A stretch of DNA of 64,000 bases from the human T2T-CHM13v2.0 reference genome, Homo sapiens. Each line of letters begins with the position of its first letter. Within the stretch, counting starts at the first letter, position 1. Under the pieces are notes generated by a model, which saw only the letters and a program-made list of their open reading frames with translations, did no database searches and had not been told where the DNA came from. Location of the stretch: NCBI RefSeq assembly GCF_009914755.1, contig NC_060946.1; one strand, 5' to 3'. Made by a program: the position numbers and the translations under genes. This document shows positions 23,799 through 43,257 of this stretch, piece after piece.

Positions 23799-24109
23799 GT
23801 ATGCCTGTCCCCTGGGCTTGGGGTCTTGTATTAAGTGTTCAGTATCTTTCATTCACTATTGTGGGCACATGAAGTATATCGGGGAACAAAAAGATTCCTG
23901 GCCTTGTGGTGCTGCCACAAGGTGCCAGGTGTGGTGGCTCATGCCAGTAATACTAGTACTTTAGGGGAGGCTGGGGTGGGAGGATCACTCTAGCCCAGGA
24001 GTTCAAGACCAGCCTGGGCAACGTAGTGAGACCTTTTCTCTATTAAAAAAAAAAAAAAAAAAACACAAGAGATAAACAATAGATGGTTTTGTTTTGGTTT
24101 TTTTTTTGA

Positions 24110-24214
<105 letters not shown>

Positions 24215-24565
24215 TGAGTAGCTGGGATTACCGGCATGTGTTACCATGCCCAGCTAATTTTGTATTTTTCGTAGAAATGGGGTTTCTCCATGTTGGTCAG
24301 TCTGGTGTCAAACTCCCAACCTCAGGTGATCAGCCAGCCTTGGCCTCCCAAAGTGCTGGGATTACCAACAATAGATGTTATAATTAAACAATAGATGTTA
24401 TAATTAAACAAACTATGTAGTAAGAAGTTGCCAAGCACTGCAGAGTAAAGGAAGGCAGAGGTGGTGGGAAGCACAGGTTGCAATGTTAAATACGGTGTTC
24501 AGACAGGCTTTGTTGAGAAAGTGAAGTTTAAGCTAAGCTAAGACTTGAAGGAGGTGAGGGAGTAG

Positions 24566-24694
<129 letters not shown>

Positions 24695-24964
24695 TGAGTA
24701 GCTGGAATTATAAGAGGCCGCCACCACACCTGGCTAATTTTTGTATTTTTAGTAGAGACAGGGTTTTGCCATGTTGGCCAGGCTAGTCTCAAACTCCTGA
24801 CCTGAAGCGATCCATCTGGTGGAGAGTTCTTAATAGCTCACCAAAGGCTGGACACGGTGGCTCATGCCTGTAATCCCAGCACTTTGGGAGGCCGAGATGG
24901 ACAGATCATGGGGTCAAGAGATCAAGACCATCCTAGCCAACATGGTGAAACCCCATCTCTACTA

Positions 24965-25138
<174 letters not shown>

Positions 25139-25351
25139 TCACCAGATATCTGGAGGAAGAGCCTTCCAGGCAGAGGAACAGTTAGAGCAAAGGCCCCGAA
25201 GAGGAGTGAGGCCAATAAGTTTAAGGGACAGTTGTAGTATGCCCGAGTAGCCTGAGAAAGGAGGCTGTGAAGATGAGATTGGAGAAAGGGGGATGGTGCT
25301 TTGTATACTGTTGGAGTACTTTACAAGTGGGAAGCCATTGTCCTGCTGCCT

Positions 25352-26406
<1,055 letters not shown>

Positions 26407-27014
26407 TGTCCTGATGTCTAACATCTTGGATTAGTGCTGCCTGTTTGTGAACTTTATATAATGGAATTACACAGTATGTACTCTTTAAGTCTGGCTTCTT
26501 TTGCTCAACGTTATAATTGAGTGAGTCACCGTCCATTGTGTGTAGCAGTGATTCCTTCATGTTTATTGTTCTGTGATAGTCCAGCATCTGCTGTTGTTAT
26601 TGTACTGCAGTTTATCCATTCTCCCATTGATTAACGTTTGGATGGTTTGTATATTACAAAAAATACAAGTAAGGTTTTTACAGAGTGGCTAGTAATACAT
26701 TTATATATGCCTATGTATGCCTCAAGTTCTTTCCAGAAGGATACACAAGCAACATAGCAGTAGCTTCCTCTCAGGAGGGGAGGTGGGTTGAAGAACAGTG
26801 TTAGTTTTCACTGGCACTTTTAAGTTCAAGCTGGACATTTTAATGTCTGATGAGATTTTCATTTTTATTTATTTATTTAGAGACAGAGTCTCATTGTATC
26901 ACTCAGGCTGTAGTGCAGTGATGTGATCTTGGCTCACTGCCACCTCCGCCTCCTGGGTTCAAGCAATCCTTCTGTCTCAGCCTCCTGATTAGCTGGGACT
27001 ACAGGCGCTGATGA

Positions 27015-27351
<337 letters not shown>

Positions 27352-27511
27352 TAAGATCAGCAAATGTCCATAGGGCAGAGGGGGTCTTCTGTGCTTTTCT
27401 TAGAATGGTTTCTTTTTTCCCAAAATGTTCTGTTACTATCTTGTCAGCTCTTTGATGCTGTAAGTTTTTTTCTAATATCCTGCATTTTTAATTGTTTTTG
27501 AAAGCATTTTG

Positions 27512-30085
<2,574 letters not shown>

Positions 30086-30525
30086 GTTTGGGTAGTTTGT
30101 TTTTGAAAGTTCATTTTGCTTTAAAATAAATACTCTCATTTCATTTTTATGGCTTCTGGAAGACTTGGTTTTTGCCATAAGTTAGCTAGCCCGATACAAA
30201 CAGATTTGCCAAAAGTAATAACACGTCAGTAGTGGAAGTTTTCCAGTGTTTTAAATCATGCTTTTATAAATCAAAGAAAACTGAGCCAGGCTTCGTAGCG
30301 TGTACTTGTAGTCCCAGCTATGGGAGAGAGTCCCTTATAGCCCCTGCCTTAGGACGCTGAGGCAGGAGGATGGCTTGAGCCCAGGCGTTTGAGGCTGCAG
30401 TGACCTAAGATCTTACCACTGCAGTGCAGCCTGGGTAACAAAGTGAGACCCTGCCTCTAAAAATAAATAAATATATAAATAAATAAAAATAAAGAAAACT
30501 TTCTCCCTTGCCAGGATCATGTCAA

Positions 30526-30563
<38 letters not shown>

Positions 30564-31598
30564 AGCATCTTAATCCTCCAGTTGTCCAGGCTGGAGTGCA
30601 GTGGCAAAATCACAGCTCACTGCAGCCTCAACTCCCGGGGGCTCAGGTGATCCTCCTATCTCAGCTTCTCAAGTAGCTGGGACTACAGGACTGCACCACC
30701 ACATCTTGCTAATTTTTGTATTTTTTGTAGAGATGGGGTTTTACCATGTTGCCCAGCCTGGTCTCAAATACAAACTCTTGGGCTCGGGTAGTCTGCCCAC
30801 CTCTGCCTCCCAAAGTGCTGGGATTGCAGGTGTGAGCCACCATGCCTGGCCTAGTTTTTTCTCAATACCTGACATATATACGTTCTTTGGCAATTATAGT
30901 AGCCTCCTGCATTCCTCTGTCACCTCTTAATTACCAGCCTAGCTATTCTCAACTAATCTGGGTAGTTTAACAAAACATTTCTCCTAAGAATTGGCTATTT
31001 GATTATTATTTAATTGCATGTTTTACTGTTATTCCTCTGTTGCTGGTTCAGGTTTGTCTTTGGCAAAGTGCTTCTTTTTTTTTTCCTTTTTGACTCTTCA
31101 TTCTTAACTTGAAAGAAATCCTATCAGAGATTTAGAACGTTCTTAGATCTTAACCTAGGGGATATAGAAAATTTTAAAGTAAAATGGTGTTCAAAATATT
31201 TTCAGCTAAAAACAAAACTTAAAGATTGGACTAATTTGCAATTTTATCAACAGTGTAGGAGCATAAACTTTTTTTTTTTTTTTTTTTTGAGATGGAGTCT
31301 CACTTTGTCACCCAAGCTGGAGTGCAGTGACGCAGTCTCGGCTCACTGCAACCTCTCCCTCCTGGGATTACAGGTGCCCGCCACTACGCCCAGCTAATTT
31401 TTAGTAGAGATGGGGTTTCACCATGTTGGTCAGGCTGGTCTTGAATTCCCAACCTCCCAAAGTGCTGGGATTACAGGCGTGAGTCACCATGCCCAGCCAG
31501 CATAAACATCTTTATTCCCAAAATAAAAAAGACGAGGCTGGGCACGGTGGCTCACGCCTGTAATCCCAACACTTTGGGAGGCCAAGACGGGCGAATCA

Positions 31599-32859
<1,261 letters not shown>

Positions 32860-34052
32860 TAAATTTTTCATTTCTGTTATTAAGAAAGCCTACTGCCCTC
32901 CAGCCTGGGCAACCGAGCAAGACCCTGTCTCAAGAAAAAAAAAAAAGAAAAAGAGGCCAGGTGCAGTGGCTCATGCCTGTAATCCCAGCACTTTGGGAGG
33001 CTGAATTTGAGATCAGGAGTTCAAGACCAGCCTGGCCACATGGTGAAACCTCATGTCTACTAAAAATTAAAAAAATTAGCTGGGTGTGGTGGTGCGCACC
33101 TGTAATCCCATCTACGCAGAAGGCTGAGGCAGGAGAATGATTTGAACCTGGGAGATGGAGGCTGCAGTGAGCAGAGATCATGCCACTGCAAAAGAAAGCT
33201 TGAGGTTGGCCCTTTAAATTTTCAAGCTAGACTGGCTGGCTGCTTGGGGTTTGGGGAGTGGGGTTGGGCCTGTAGGAATTGCTGCATCAGCCTTCTCCAG
33301 AGCATCTCTTTCCAAGATCTCCCTCTGCGGGTGGCCAGCTCTCCTCTCCCTCCCTGGTATTTCCTAATATGGGTGGATTCACTGCCTGCTCTTGCCCATC
33401 CCTCCCCGTTTGGCATTGTTTTCCAACTTAGACAGGTCTGGCTAGTTCCTGTAGGCTGGAGGACAGGAAGCTCTGTTTTGACATACTTGGTGCATTCCTT
33501 GTCTTGCCCTAGGAGAGGTCTTGTGGGTCAGGCCAAACACTGTAAGGGTGTGGGTCTCTCTTTGTGGCCATTGCTAGGGCTACTGTGTCCTGGTGCTTTG
33601 AGTTCTCCAGCAGAGGTCAGGCTCTTCCTGCAGGATCATAACAGCCCTGCTGCTCTTTTTACTTTCTGGCTGTTTAGATCACATCTGTCAGGGTGGTGGG
33701 CTAGGGCTGTCTTCTAACAAGGATCCTGTTCAAAGCTTCTCATTCTTCCCCTAACTGAACTAGTAACCTTGAAACGTCTGGCCAGTCTGAATCCTTTTTC
33801 TGTCAGATGGATAGAGCAGTGTTGTGTATGGGTTTGTTGAGTGTGAAGGGCAGATAAAAGAATAATCCGCGTGAACTGTGCAGGGCCATATGAATGTCAC
33901 GGCTTTGCACACACATAGTGGACACCCACATCAGAAACTTCCTTTCTTGGCTTCAGAGGGGCAGCTGGGAATCTGACCTAGTGATCATACACACTGTAGG
34001 AAAGGGGTTGGGGAAATCCCCGTATGTAACTTTGCTTTTCTTTCTCTTCTAG

Positions 34053-34091
34053 CTTAATCGAACCCTGAAGAAGATGGGACAGAGACCTTGA
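34053..34091 (+). CDS. EIF3L: EIF3L exon 13, coding part: LNRTLKKMGQRP*
   Basis: Acceptor tctcttctag|CTT; TGA at 34089-34091 followed directly by a second TGA. Confidence 0.95.
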   Translation, partial: LNRTLKKMGQRP

Positions 34092-34235
34092 TGATATTCA
34101 CACACATTCAGGAACCTGTTTTGATGTATTATAGGCAGGAAGTGTTTTTGCTACCGTGAAACCTTTACCTAGATCAGCCATCAGCCTGTCAACTCAGTTA
34201 ACAAGTTAAGGACCGAAGTGTTTCAAGTGGATCTC

Positions 34236-34241
34236 AGTAAA
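34236..34241 (+). terminator. Proximal EIF3L poly(A) signal (AGTAAA variant)
   Basis: Known variant hexamer 145 nt after the stop, with GU/U-rich sequence downstream (34259-34300); no AATAAA nearby. Confidence 0.65.
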
Positions 34242-34369
34242 GGATCTTTGGAGCCAGATTTGTCGTCTCATTATTGTAGGAGAGAATTTGTGGGTTGTGG
34301 CAGTAATACATTTCCCATGTGTCCTGATGCTTTCAGGATACATCAGTTGTTAGTGTTTAAATTGAGTTA

Positions 34370-34977
<608 letters not shown>

Positions 34978-35006
34978 CTAAATTGAATTCTTAAATCCCT
35001 CTTGTT

Positions 35007-35012
35007 CATAAA
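35007..35012 (+). terminator. Candidate distal EIF3L poly(A) signal (CATAAA variant)
   Basis: Variant hexamer just past two 3' UTR Alus, with tattttgtttgtgcgt at about 35050. Confidence 0.45.
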
Positions 35013-35445
35013 GCAGTATATTTGGTTTACAGGACATTTTCACGTTCAGTATTTTGTTTGTGCGTCACAAGATCCTATGAACTTTAAATGACCTATAATT
35101 TTCATGACATATTTGTGGCAGTGCTGGGTCCTGGAAGGAAACTATTGAACACCTCCTACTGCCAGGAACTGTGCAAAGAGGGATCCATATACATTACTTA
35201 CACCTTACAACTCAGGTTTAGTAGTAGTTCCTCATCTTATTGATGAGGAAATGAACCCACAGTAGTTAGTGACTTGATCAAGGTCACATTAGGCAGCTGC
35301 TGGAGCTGAGCTAAATGGTTTCCTGCCTACCCACAGTATTAATGCTATGCCTGTCACCCTATAGTGGGTACTTGGACTGGAAGCCCCTGCTTGCAAGTTG
35401 TCTCACATCTCTGCCTGGTTCCTTGTATATAAAATAAGGTTAGCA

Positions 35446-35745
35446 GGCCAGGCGCGGTGGCTCACGCCTGTAATCCCAGCACTGGGAGGCCGAGGCGGGC
35501 GGATCACAAGGTCAAGGAGATCGAGACCATCCTGGCTAACATGGCGAAACCCTGTCTCTATTAAAAATACAAAAAAATTAGCCGGGCGTGGTGGCGGGCG
35601 CCTGTAGTCCCAGCTACTCGGGAGGCTGAGGCAGGAGAATGGCGTGAACCCGGGAGGCGGAGCTTGCAGTGAGCCAAGAGATCGTGCCGCTGGACCCCAG
35701 CCTGGGTTACAGAGCGAGACTCCGTCTAAAAAAAATAAAAAATAA
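35446..35745 (+). mobile_element. Young, CpG-rich AluY-like element
   Basis: gaatggcgtgaacccgggaggcggagcttgcag and catcctggctaac diagnostics; TSD-like aaaataag(gt/tg)tagca. Confidence 0.85.
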
Positions 35746-35914
35746 GTGTAGCAGAACCTGGCTCACTGGGCAGTGGTGACGAATAAATGAGAATGCTATT
35801 TTGAGTGCCCAGTGCAGTGCCTGGCCTATAATGGATGTTCAGTTACTGTTTCCCCACACTTGGAATTCGTAAGCTTTTCAGTATGCTCTTTTTCCCCATT
35901 GGTTTGATAATTAT

Positions 35915-37383
<1,469 letters not shown>

Positions 37384-37444
37384 TTGCCTCCTGTGTATCA
37401 AGCCATTGGAGGATTCAGGGACAGAAAGCTGGGTCCTTTTCTAC

Positions 37445-37920
37445 GAGCAAACCAGCCAGGCACTGATAGGCAAGGGGGAAGTCGGGACGTGGGAAAAGAC
37501 CGAATTCCTGTCTTCAGACTCAAATTCTAATGGTTGAAGACAGGTGATAAGCCATATTTAGTGTGTTGGATGGTGGTATGTGTTGTAGAGAAAAATCGAA
37601 GGCAGGAGTTTCTATTGTGAATAGGATAGTCAGGGACCACACTGATTGGCGTCATTTGAGCAGAGACCTGAAGACATTAGGAGGGGGATGGTGCAAGTAT
37701 GTGAGGCAAGAGCTCTCCAGGAAAAAAACTGCAAGTACAAAGGTCCTGAGGCCACAGCATGTTTTATATGTGGAGCAAATGGAGCAAGAAGGCCAGCTGG
37801 AGCAGAAGGTAGCAAGGAGGAAGAGGCCAGATCCTGGAATGAGGCTCCAGGTTGTATGTAAGGCCTTGTAGAAGACAGGAAGGACCGACTTTGAATCTCA
37901 GTGAGGTGGGAAGCCATCCT
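37445..37920 (-). mobile_element. L2 fragment
   Basis: catttgagcagagacctgaag, gtacaaaggtcctgaggc, agcaagaaggccag, gtgggaagccat. Confidence 0.65.
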
Positions 37921-38207
37921 TCACCAGAGAGGTTGCAGAACTTGTCCAAGTTCCCAGAGCTAAAGGATGGAGCCAGGATTTTATTTATTTTTTGGGACAA
38001 GAGTTTCGCTCTATTACCCAGACTGGAGTGCAGTGGCACAAGCTTGGCGCACTGCAGTGCAACCTCTGCCTCCTGGGCTCAAGTGATCCTCCTGTCTCAG
38101 CCTCCAAATTAACTGGGACCACAGGCATACACCACCATGCCCAGCTAATTTTTTATAGTTTTGTTTGTATAGATGGTGTTTTGCCATGTTGCCCAGACTG
38201 CTCTTGA

Positions 38208-38309
<102 letters not shown>

Positions 38310-39842
38310 TAGTTATAAGTCCAAACATTTGTAGAGCTCTTGGTAGCTTTCCAAGCCGTCCTTCATCTGTTGCCTTGTTGGAACCGAATGAGTGGCCCAG
38401 TGCCAGCCAGGGCTCCTTACCCCCCACTCCCTGGCTACCACATGGTTCCTTGGTGCAGGGAGGTTGCTGTGCATTGATTCCTCCTAAAGAATGTCTCATG
38501 CTTTGTCCACTATGCCCTGACATTTGGTGATGGTGGCTTGCAGGAACTCCGACTCAACTGGGCAGCCCCCTGGGTTAATGTGTTTTGAATTCAATGCCAG
38601 TTTCATAGTTCATGTCATAGTTCTCTATCATTACAATTATGCCAGGTCCAAGTGTGTTGTCTGACACGGCTCTTGGCACTCTTTTTGCTGTGAGGCCATT
38701 GCAGGCACTCTGGGTCACACAGACCCAGTGTGTATGAGTGCCTGGCTTGGGGCCATCTCCCAGCAGCTTGGTCCAGGCTCAGCAGCCAGGCCAGGCAGCT
38801 AGCAACCCCTGTGAGGGGGCAGGCACAGCTGGACTCTGCCTGGCACCACTCGCGGAATGCACAGCATTCATCAGCTGTGGCCAGCTCAGGATTTTTATTC
38901 CATCAGAGCAGAATAACCAGGTTCATGATCCCCCCCATGCTAAGGAGAGCAAGGGCTTTGTTATCGGGGAATGGGGAGCTCTGGGTGGTACCAGTTTCCA
39001 GAAGTTTCTCCACCAGCAAGAGAAGGGGGCAGAGCAAAGTGTGTAGGCTTGGACTTCCTTGGACCCTGGTCTGAGTCCTGACTGCCACATACCAGCTGAG
39101 CCAAGTTGCGTAGTTTTCAGTGCCTCACCTTTCTCTAAAATGGGGTTAGCGCCTGCCTCAGAATTGTTCTGTGCACCAAATTATGTAAAGTTCTTAGCAA
39201 ATCACCTGGCAGTAGTGTGTGATAAGGGGAGGAGGGCCTTACTAAAACACTTGGGTAGAGTGTGTGATAAGGGGAGGGAGGCCATTGTTACCTGGCCATG
39301 ACCTTGGCCTCCAGAGCCGTAGAGCTATAGATGACTGAGGCAGGTCATGTGTGGAACAGCCCGGCTACTTCCTGGTGGAGCTGGGACTGGAAACCTCCAG
39401 ACTCCCCCCTGGGGCTCTCTTAACTGCTCCAAGGACCAAAGAGAAGGCCTGTTTAGACAGTGTGGAGGCCCATTCACAGAGGCCAGGGCACTTGTCTAGA
39501 GCAGCCAGCCACGGAGGAGCTGGGCCCCACGCACAGTGTCGGCAGCAGGCATGAGGGGAGAATTGGAGAGATTGGGAGGTTGCAGAGGACAGGACTTGGA
39601 TGTGGCAGCTGAGTGGATGTGGAGGCTGTAGGGAAGTGAGATGCCCAGTTCTCAGGCTGTCTGAGATGGGGGTTGGTGGCTGGAGCAGGTTTGGGACTGG
39701 AGGAGGTAAGTGCAAGTGGGTAAGGAACAGGAGTTTGAGGAGCCTGTGGGACGTCCAGGTGGAGGTGCCCAGGGCCTAACAATTTGGGCAGAGGCAATGA
39801 ACAGCTGGGGCTGGAACCCTGGTCTCCAGGCCCCTAGGCTAG

Positions 39843-40115
<273 letters not shown>

Positions 40116-41504
40116 TGAACTCCTGATCTCAGGTGATCTGCCTGCCTTGGCCTCCTGAAGTGCTGGGATTACAGGTGTGAGCCACTGCGCCCAGCCTGGG
40201 CTTGGCACACTTCTTTCCACACAGTCCCCCTCTCTGCATCCTTCTCCTACACTGGATTGTGAGTCCAAGTTGGGGGCGTGGGGTGCTTTTCCTCCTATGA
40301 TCGCCTTGACCATAGGTGGCTCCGGATGGCTTCATCTTCTAAATGAGGCAGTGGGACTAGCCGCTGTCTGGGGGCTGCAGCCCTGCATTCTAGAATTCTG
40401 GGTGACATCCTAAGGATCTAAATGGATCTAATAGGAGGAAAGAGGCAGCACTTGGGAGCAATGACCCTTTCGGTAAAGCGATTCTGTTGAATGAATGGTG
40501 AATGCAAGAGGAAGTAAGTGAATAAGGATTGAATGCAACAATATCAGTATAGGAATAAGGCTGGAGTGTGCCTTAAATCCTGTCTGGAATGTAGCGGCAC
40601 AGATGAATTGATGAATGGATGTACTCTCCAGCCCAGCCTTTAGCCAGGGAAAGCCGTGGTGCCCACGCTGGCTCTTGCTAACAGTGGCCTCCCGTCCCCA
40701 CCCCCAGCCTGCCCTGCAGACTGGATATAGGCTGGAGTGGCTGTGGCCCGGGTCAGGAACTGGCCTCCAATGTGGGGGAAGGGCATCAAGAAGAAGCTGA
40801 GAGGGAGGCAAGGGAAAGGTCCAAAGCCTGATCAGCAAGTTCCTGAGATTTTCCCGAAGGAGAGGGCTAGGGGAAGCAGCAACTTGTCTTGGTTCCTGTG
40901 GCTCCACATTCCTGTCAAGCCTGCAGCTGAAAGACCTGGCTTTTCTTTCTTTCTGGCCCCACCCTGCCCCTATCCAGCCACTTGATTAAGATCAAGTTAT
41001 CTCCTTCACGCCCTGACTCCCACCCCTACTTTCTTACCTGGGGCCAGTGGATCCTGAGAGGGTGGACTTCACTCTCTAGTCATGGTTGGGAAGTGGAAGG
41101 GAGTCTAGGTTCAAACCCTGACGCTGCCCCTTGAAACTGGAAAATTCCAGGCACTTGGCTTAACTTCTCTGAGCCTCTGCTTTGTCATAGTCAAATGAGG
41201 AGAGTAATTCTCCCCTATCTAGGTCTTTCTAAGTGTCAACATAGGCCTGGCACAGTGGCTCATGCCTGTAATCCCAACACCTTGGGAGGCTGAGGTGGGA
41301 GGATTGCTTAGGCCTAGGAGTTTGAGACCAGCCTGGACAAGATAACGAGACCCTGTCTCTACAAAAATAAAAATAAAAAAATGAGGGCTGGGCGCAATGG
41401 CTCACACCTGTAATCCCAGCACTTTGGGAGGCCGAGGTGGGCAGATCACGAGGTCAGGAGATCAAGACCATCCTGGCTAACACAGTGAAACCCCGTCTCT
41501 ACTA

Positions 41505-41678
<174 letters not shown>

Positions 41679-42982
41679 TTAATTAAATTAAATTAAAAAA
41701 TTAGCCAGGCGTGGTGGTGCATGCCTATAGTCCTTGCCACTTGGGAATCTAAGTCGGGAGGATTGCTTGAGCCGAGTTCAAAGTTACAGTGAGCTATGAT
41801 CACACCACTGTACTCCAGCCTGAGCGACAGAGCAAGACCCTGTCCCTAAACAATACATAAATCCGAGCATAGTGAACTCGGGTATGATATAGGTGTTTGG
41901 GATGACTCATATCCATCCCGGGTGTATTGTATCACCTGGGGATAAGTTGTGCCCTGTCTAACCCCTGCTCTATTTAGAGGAAAGAGCAGCTCACTCCCAG
42001 AATTTCAACACAAGCCTCACTTTCTGTTTCTAACAGGAAGAGCTGCCTGGCTCACAACACCATATACATATGACCTCAGGTAGCTGGGAGACAAACAGGC
42101 CTCTTCCGGTGTCTGACAGCCCCTTCCTTGCCACTCAGGCCTCAGAGGAGAGGCTACCTTCCTGTGTCAGGAAGGCTCAGAAACTGTTTCCCACTCTGCC
42201 TGCCTTTGCCTGCAGAGCAGGCCAGATTGATACTGAGGGGGTAGTAGGGAGGGCTCTAGCTCCCCCACCCCAAATAATCTGGCACCCCCTAAACCTACAG
42301 CCAAATCATAAGCAGTGGGCTTAACCTACAGCCAAATCATAAACAATGGGCTTGCTATGCAGACCAAATTCTAAGTCAAGTAAAATAAAAGTCAGGACTC
42401 AGCCTAGCTGTTTGTTGTTGTCATTGTTGTTGTTGTTTTGCCCAGGCTGGAGTGAAGTGGTGCAATCTCGGCTCACTGCAACCTCTGTTCCCTAGATTCA
42501 AGCAATTCAGCCTCCCGAATAGCTAGCTAGGATTATAGGCTCTAGTCTCCTTCCCTTTCTTCCTGCCAAATTTCTGCCCCTGAGCTCCTCCTATAGAGTG
42601 ACAGGAGCCCAACTATTAGGGCCTTGAATACTACATTAGCACCCAAACATCAATCCTGCTGGCCTGCTGGAAAAATCCCAGCACCAATAATAATTGAAGT
42701 TGAAGGGGAGATGGGAAGTTCCTAGACAGCAAAGGCTGGAGGCCTTGGGAGCTTTCTGTCCTGAAATGGCCTTTGGTATCGTGGATCAAGGCCTCAGTGC
42801 AGCCAGGGTCTGCAGAGGCTGTGGAGCTGGGGCTCCCAGCGGGGTTCTTGCTCACCAAACTCACAGGAAGATAACGAATGAATTTACAGTGAAAACCAGG
42901 CATGCAGTGGTAAACTGGACACAATGCCTGCCTCCATACACCAGAAGAAAGTTCTTTGTAAAGTCAGAAAGAGCTAGGCTGA

Positions 42983-43257
42983 GGCCAGAGCTAGGCTCAC
43001 GCCTGTAATCCCAGCACTTTGGGAGGCTGAGGTGGGTGAATCACCGGAGGTCAGGAGTTCTAGGCCAGCCTGGCCGACATGGCGAAACCCCATCTCTACT
43101 AAAAATACAAAAATTAGCGACGTGGTGGTAGGCGCCTATAATCCCAGCTAGCTACTCAGGAGGCTGAATCGCTTGAATCCAGGGGGCGGAGGTTGCAGTG
43201 AGCAGAGATCACACCACTTCACTCCAGCCTGGGCAACAAAAAAAAAAAAAAAAAAAA
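42983..43257 (+). mobile_element. Alu with private indels (source of the inverted copy at 42390-42540)
   Basis: Alu body with TSD aaa(g/t)agctaggctga on both sides. Confidence 0.9.

Noticed and set aside
33142-33717. 191-aa ORF in EIF3L intron 12
   Set aside because: Starts inside an Alu at a non-ATG codon, has no recognisable protein features, and is not needed for the EIF3L frame.
34089-34094. Tandem TGA TGA stop of EIF3L as a read-through or selenocysteine signal
   Set aside because: No CTAG read-through context and no SECIS-like structure recognised; the second stop would end any extension at once.
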